A stretch of 35,796 nt of DNA from Dehalococcoidales bacterium (GTDB taxonomy: Bacteria; Chloroflexota; Dehalococcoidia; Dehalococcoidales; Fen-1064), in NCBI GenBank assembly GCA_052326545.1, contig JBKQML010000050.1, forward strand, positions 1 through 35,796. The letters are read 5' to 3'. Of this stretch, positions 33,280 to 35,796 are shown piece after piece (the first letter of the stretch is position 1; every line of letters starts with the position of its first letter). The notes beneath the pieces were generated by a model. The model did not search any database, had not been told where the DNA came from, and saw only the letters and a program-made list of their open reading frames with translations. The position numbers and the translations under genes were made by a program.

Positions 33280-33340
33280 AATTCTAAATCCGAAACGCTA
33301 AACTCTAAATAAATTCCAATTAATCAAATACCAAAATCCA
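33280..33340 (+). repeat. Copy D (the most complete copy) of the G-poor low-complexity intergenic repeat family
   Basis: aattctaaatccgaaacgctaaactctaaataaattccaattaatcaaataccaaaatccag. It contains every block shared with copies A, B, C and E. Confidence 0.65.
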
Positions 33341-33356
33341 GAAAATTGCATACCTG

Positions 33357-33377
33357 ATTCCAGATTAAATCTGGAAT
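33357..33377 (-). terminator. Hairpin immediately downstream of gatA (possible terminator)
   Basis: Perfect 9-bp inverted repeat ATTCCAGAT (33357-65) / ATCTGGAAT (33369-77) with a 3-nt loop, 15 nt after the gatA stop. No clean U-tract follows. Confidence 0.35.
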
Positions 33378-33391
33378 GACAATAACGGTAT

Positions 33392-34855
33392 TTACAACGC
33401 CGCGGTCTTTGTGTGCCAGTCCGTGGCCTGCTGGAAAGCGTAGCTGATTTTGAGCAGGGTTTCTTCGGCGAACGGCTTGCCGATAATTTGCATGCCGACG
33501 GGCAATCCTTGCGCAAAACCTGCCGGAATCGAGATCCCCGGGACGCCGGCAATATTCACCGGCAGGGTGCAGACATCGCTGAGGTACATCTGCAGCGGGT
33601 CGTCCGCCCTTTCTCCGATTTTAAAAGGCACCGTCGGGGAAGTGGGCGTGACCAGCGCGTCGTATTTTTCAAAAGCGGCGTCGAATTCACGGCGAATCAG
33701 CGTGCGCACTTTCTGCGCTTTCAGATAATAGGCGTCGTAATAACCGGAAGACAGGGCGTAGTTGCCGAGCATGATTCTCCGTTTCACTTCCGGGCCGAAG
33801 CCGAACTGCTTGGTCTTCTCCATCCCTTCCCACATGTTGTCGGTATCCAGGTAAGAGTAACCGTATTTAGAGCCGTCGTAACGTGCCAGGTTGGCCGAAG
33901 CTTCCGACGGGGCAATGATGTAGTAAACTGCCAGGGCATGCGGTGTCTGCGGCAGGGAAACTCCCCATTCCACCTTCGCGCCCAGCGCTTCCAACTGTTT
34001 GATGGCTTCTTTAATAACAGTTTCCACTTCCGGCTGCATTCCCGCCACAAAATACTCTTTCGGGATGCCGATTTTCATGCCTTTCAGACCTCTGGTCAAC
34101 CCTCTGGTATAGTCCGGCACCGGTTCCGCGGCGGACGTGGAATCGGATTTATCGTGGCCGCTAATCACATTCATTACCAGGGCAGCATCCAGCGCATCTT
34201 TGGTTAACGGGCCGATCTGGTCGAGGGAGCTGGCGAAAGCCACCAGACCGTAGCGGCTGACCCGGCCGTAGGTCGGTTTGAATCCGGTGACACTGCAGAA
34301 ACCGGCCGGCTGACGGATACTGCCGCCGGTATCGGAACCGAGGGCAAAAACCGCTTCATTAGCCGCCACTCCGGCCGCCGAGCCACCGCTGCTGCCGCCG
34401 GGGACGCGGGATAAATCCCAGGGGTTGTGGGTGGTAAAAAACGCCGAGTTTTCCGTCGAGGAACCCATGGCGTACTCGTCCATGTTGGCTTTACCGACCA
34501 TTACCGCGCCGGCACCGTTCAGTTTTTCCACGACGGTGGCGTTGTAGGGAGGTACAAAATTCTCCAGCATCTTCGAGGAGCAGGTAGTTTTGATGCCCCG
34601 AGTGGCCATGTTATCCTTGAGCAGAAAAGGCACGCCGGTCAGAGGATTAGTGTTGCCGGCGGCAATCCGTTCGTCCGCTTTCTTGGCCTGCTGCAGGGCA
34701 TGTTGTTCGGTCACAGTGAGAATGGCGCGCACCTGCGGGTCGACTTCTTTGATACGGGCCAGATAATCCTGCGTTAATTCGACGGACGATATTTTCTTCG
34801 CTTGAAGCAATTCGTGAGCGGCATGGATGGTTAAATCACGATGTTTATCAGTCAA
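33392..34855 (-). CDS. gatA: Glutamyl/aspartyl-tRNA amidotransferase subunit A
   Basis: 487 aa. Amidase signature [27 protein letters not shown] and [12 protein letters not shown]. Confidence 0.95.
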   Translation of the reverse strand: MTDKHRDLTIHAAHELLQAKKISSVELTQDYLARIKEVDPQVRAILTVTEQHALQQAKKADERIAAGNTNPLTGVPFLLKDNMATRGIKTTCSSKMLENFVPPYNATVVEKLNGAGAVMVGKANMDEYAMGSSTENSAFFTTHNPWDLSRVPGGSSGGSAAGVAANEAVFALGSDTGGSIRQPAGFCSVTGFKPTYGRVSRYGLVAFASSLDQIGPLTKDALDAALVMNVISGHDKSDSTSAAEPVPDYTRGLTRGLKGMKIGIPKEYFVAGMQPEVETVIKEAIKQLEALGAKVEWGVSLPQTPHALAVYYIIAPSEASANLARYDGSKYGYSYLDTDNMWEGMEKTKQFGFGPEVKRRIMLGNYALSSGYYDAYYLKAQKVRTLIRREFDAAFEKYDALVTPTSPTVPFKIGERADDPLQMYLSDVCTLPVNIAGVPGISIPAGFAQGLPVGMQIIGKPFAEETLLKISYAFQQATDWHTKTAAL

Positions 34856-34867
34856 TTTCAGGGCTCC

Positions 34868-35155
34868 TTATTCCAGCACCGGACGCAGTTTAAACAGGTC
34901 TTCTTCACGGTCGGGGGCATTGGCCAGGACCTGCTCCACCGCCAGAGATTCACGGGGAATATCGTCACGCATCACATTCGAGAGGTTGATGGACTGCGCC
35001 GTGGGGGGAACGTTCGCGGTGTCGACTTCTTTCAGCACCTCGAAATTCTCCAGGATATTGGCGAGCTGCTCCCGGGCTTTTTCAATTTCCGCTTCGCTCA
35101 GGCCCATGCGGGCGAGGGCGGCGATATGGATGACTTCTTCACGCGATAATTTCAT
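34868..35155 (-). CDS. gatC: Glutamyl/aspartyl-tRNA amidotransferase subunit C
   Basis: The ATG at 35155 gives the canonical MKLSREEVIHIAALARMGLSE N-terminus and has a GAGG SD. The ORF-track start at 35167 is a GTG four codons upstream. Confidence 0.9.
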   Translation of the reverse strand: MKLSREEVIHIAALARMGLSEAEIEKAREQLANILENFEVLKEVDTANVPPTAQSINLSNVMRDDIPRESLAVEQVLANAPDREEDLFKLRPVLE

Positions 35156-35183
35156 GGTCTGCCTCACAAATCAAGCTGACAAA

Positions 35184-35212
35184 ATTATACCATCCGTGCG
35201 TATGCAGCGCAA
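35184..35212 (-). promoter_or_regulatory. Candidate promoter of gatCA
   Basis: On the minus strand: TTGCGC (35212-35207), 17-nt spacer, TATAAT (35189-35184), about 30 nt upstream of the gatC ATG. Confidence 0.5.
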
Positions 35213-35238
35213 CGCAGGGGACCAAAGGGGGAAATAAA

Positions 35239-35290
35239 CAATAATCAAGAATCAAGAGTCAAGTAAATCCTAAATCCGAAATACCAAAAT
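35239..35290 (+). repeat. Composite repeat: AATAATCAAG-type unit (copy E1) followed by a short copy E of the G-poor family
   Basis: caataatcaagaatcaagagtcaag (35239-35263) followed by taaatcctaaatccgaaataccaaaat (35264-35290). The latter shares ctaaatccgaaa and aaataccaaaat with copy D. Confidence 0.6.
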
Positions 35291-35319
35291 TATGGTTTCA
35301 ATTTTCTCTTGGACATGGT

Positions 35320-35640
35320 GATAGTACTGGGAGGGATTAAGGGAGAGTGACTATTTCTATAAGCCGAAGGCTGTTCGACTCTTCTCCCATTGTCATTTTT
35401 TGTATTTGAAATTTCAGGGAACTTTTCTTGAAATTAGTTATGCGTCGCCCCTCGCGGTAAACGGGATGATGAGATGCGATTTGGGATTTTGTCCCAAACT
35501 GGAACGACTTTGCCGAATTAGAGAATGAAATTCCCTACGGTGTCCCCGGAGTAAATCCCTCTGTATCTCCCTTTACAAAAGGGAGAAAATCCTAATATGA
35601 GGGATGAGGGGAATGCCCTTTTCGGCATTTTTTGCAGTTG
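35320..35640 (+). repeat. REP-like mosaic repeat region, copy I
   Basis: Contains taaatccctctgtatctccc, the perfect hairpin TCTCCCTTT (35566-74) / AAAGGGAGA (35578-86), the gagggatgaggggaatgccc module, and the hairpin AATGCC (35612-17) / GGCATT (35624-29) followed by TTTT. Confidence 0.55.
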
Positions 35641-35650
35641 AAATTATTAA

Positions 35651-35796
35651 TTAGACTGCGGTCTCCAATATTTGCCCTTTACTGGGCGCTTTCAGGACGG
35701 GTTCTGACGGACATTTACCGTCCGGTTTGGTGTAGTCAGAAATTCCGGGGATTCCAAATTCAACCCGGATATGACCCCGGCGGCCAGAACATGACG
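35651..35796 (-). CDS. 3' end of an unidentified protein-coding gene that continues off-window
   Basis: The minus-strand frame is open from the window edge to a TAA (complement of 35651-35653). It translates as ...GHIRVEFGIPGISDYTKPDGKCPSEPVLKAPSKGQILETAV. It is too short for the ORF track and no family was recognised. Confidence 0.35.
   Translation of the reverse strand, partial: SCSGRRGHIRVEFGIPGISDYTKPDGKCPSEPVLKAPSKGQILETAV

Noticed and set aside
33340-33380. ACCTGAT..CCAGAT..ATCTGG segment resembling the TPP-riboswitch ACCUGAUCUGGAUAAUGCCAG block
   Set aside because: No CUGAGA box and no P1/P2 helices upstream, which is low-complexity repeat DNA. It lies downstream of gatA rather than ahead of a thiamine gene. 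A simple 9-bp hairpin explains it better.
33413-34207. 264-aa ORF on the + strand, plus other long ORFs at 33450-33728 and 34427-34777
   Set aside because: These lie antisense to gatA, whose product carries the full amidase signature. Their translations are Arg/Gly/His-rich and low-complexity, as is typical of shadow frames. No start context or recognisable motif.
1-35796. Search for a defence, mobile or phage-type system (CRISPR repeats, Cas-like, reverse transcriptase, nuclease/ATPase pairs, integrase, transposase, tRNA attachment sites)
   Set aside because: Apart from hicAB, none of the translated ORFs shows such domains. No tRNA, direct-repeat-flanked island or spacer array was seen. I therefore do not claim a novel defence system in this window.

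Overview
This 35.8 kb window is a gene-dense and largely housekeeping chromosomal segment. About 34 protein genes can be supported. I found no rRNA or tRNA gene, CRISPR array, transposase or integrase, and no hallmark defence-system domain.

Gene order, left to right:
- a 5'-partial DNA alkylation repair gene, then guaB
- dgt-like, dnaG and rpoD (a macromolecular-synthesis operon)
- an orphan hisH-hisF pair
- a hicAB toxin-antitoxin cassette
- a four-gene operon: an FAD-oxidase/Fe-S protein followed by a split, archaeal-type glutamate-synthase-like module
- molybdenum-cofactor genes scattered over three loci (moaC; a PK_C-like gene with moaB and moeA; moaA), interrupted by A+T-rich accessory-looking genes (a GNAT and a DoxX-like protein)
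- nadK, a short ArgA-like GNAT, a Nudix hydrolase and a HIT protein
- an orphan lipoprotein and a zinc-ribbon mini-protein set in long non-coding spacers
- an operon of a secreted tandem-repeat protein, an OmpR-type regulator and a histidine kinase
- an MBL-fold hydrolase
- a small Cys-rich ORF, purM and a stand-alone IMP-cyclohydrolase domain
- an aminotransferase with an Lrp-family regulator, then gatC-gatA
- a 3'-partial ORF at the right edge

The candidates most worth follow-up:
1. The FAD-oxidase plus split GOGAT-like cluster. It has an extra catalytically degenerate Fe-S paralog and no GltD-type reductase.
2. A long structured moaA leader, a possible Moco riboswitch.
3. Two families of dispersed intergenic repeats. 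One is G-poor and low-complexity. The other is a REP-like hairpin mosaic.
4. The lipoprotein/zinc-ribbon island and the two-component operon led by the secreted repeat protein.

Every call rests on reading the sequence and recalling family motifs. No searches were run. I do not see clear evidence of a novel system of the defence or mobile-element type.
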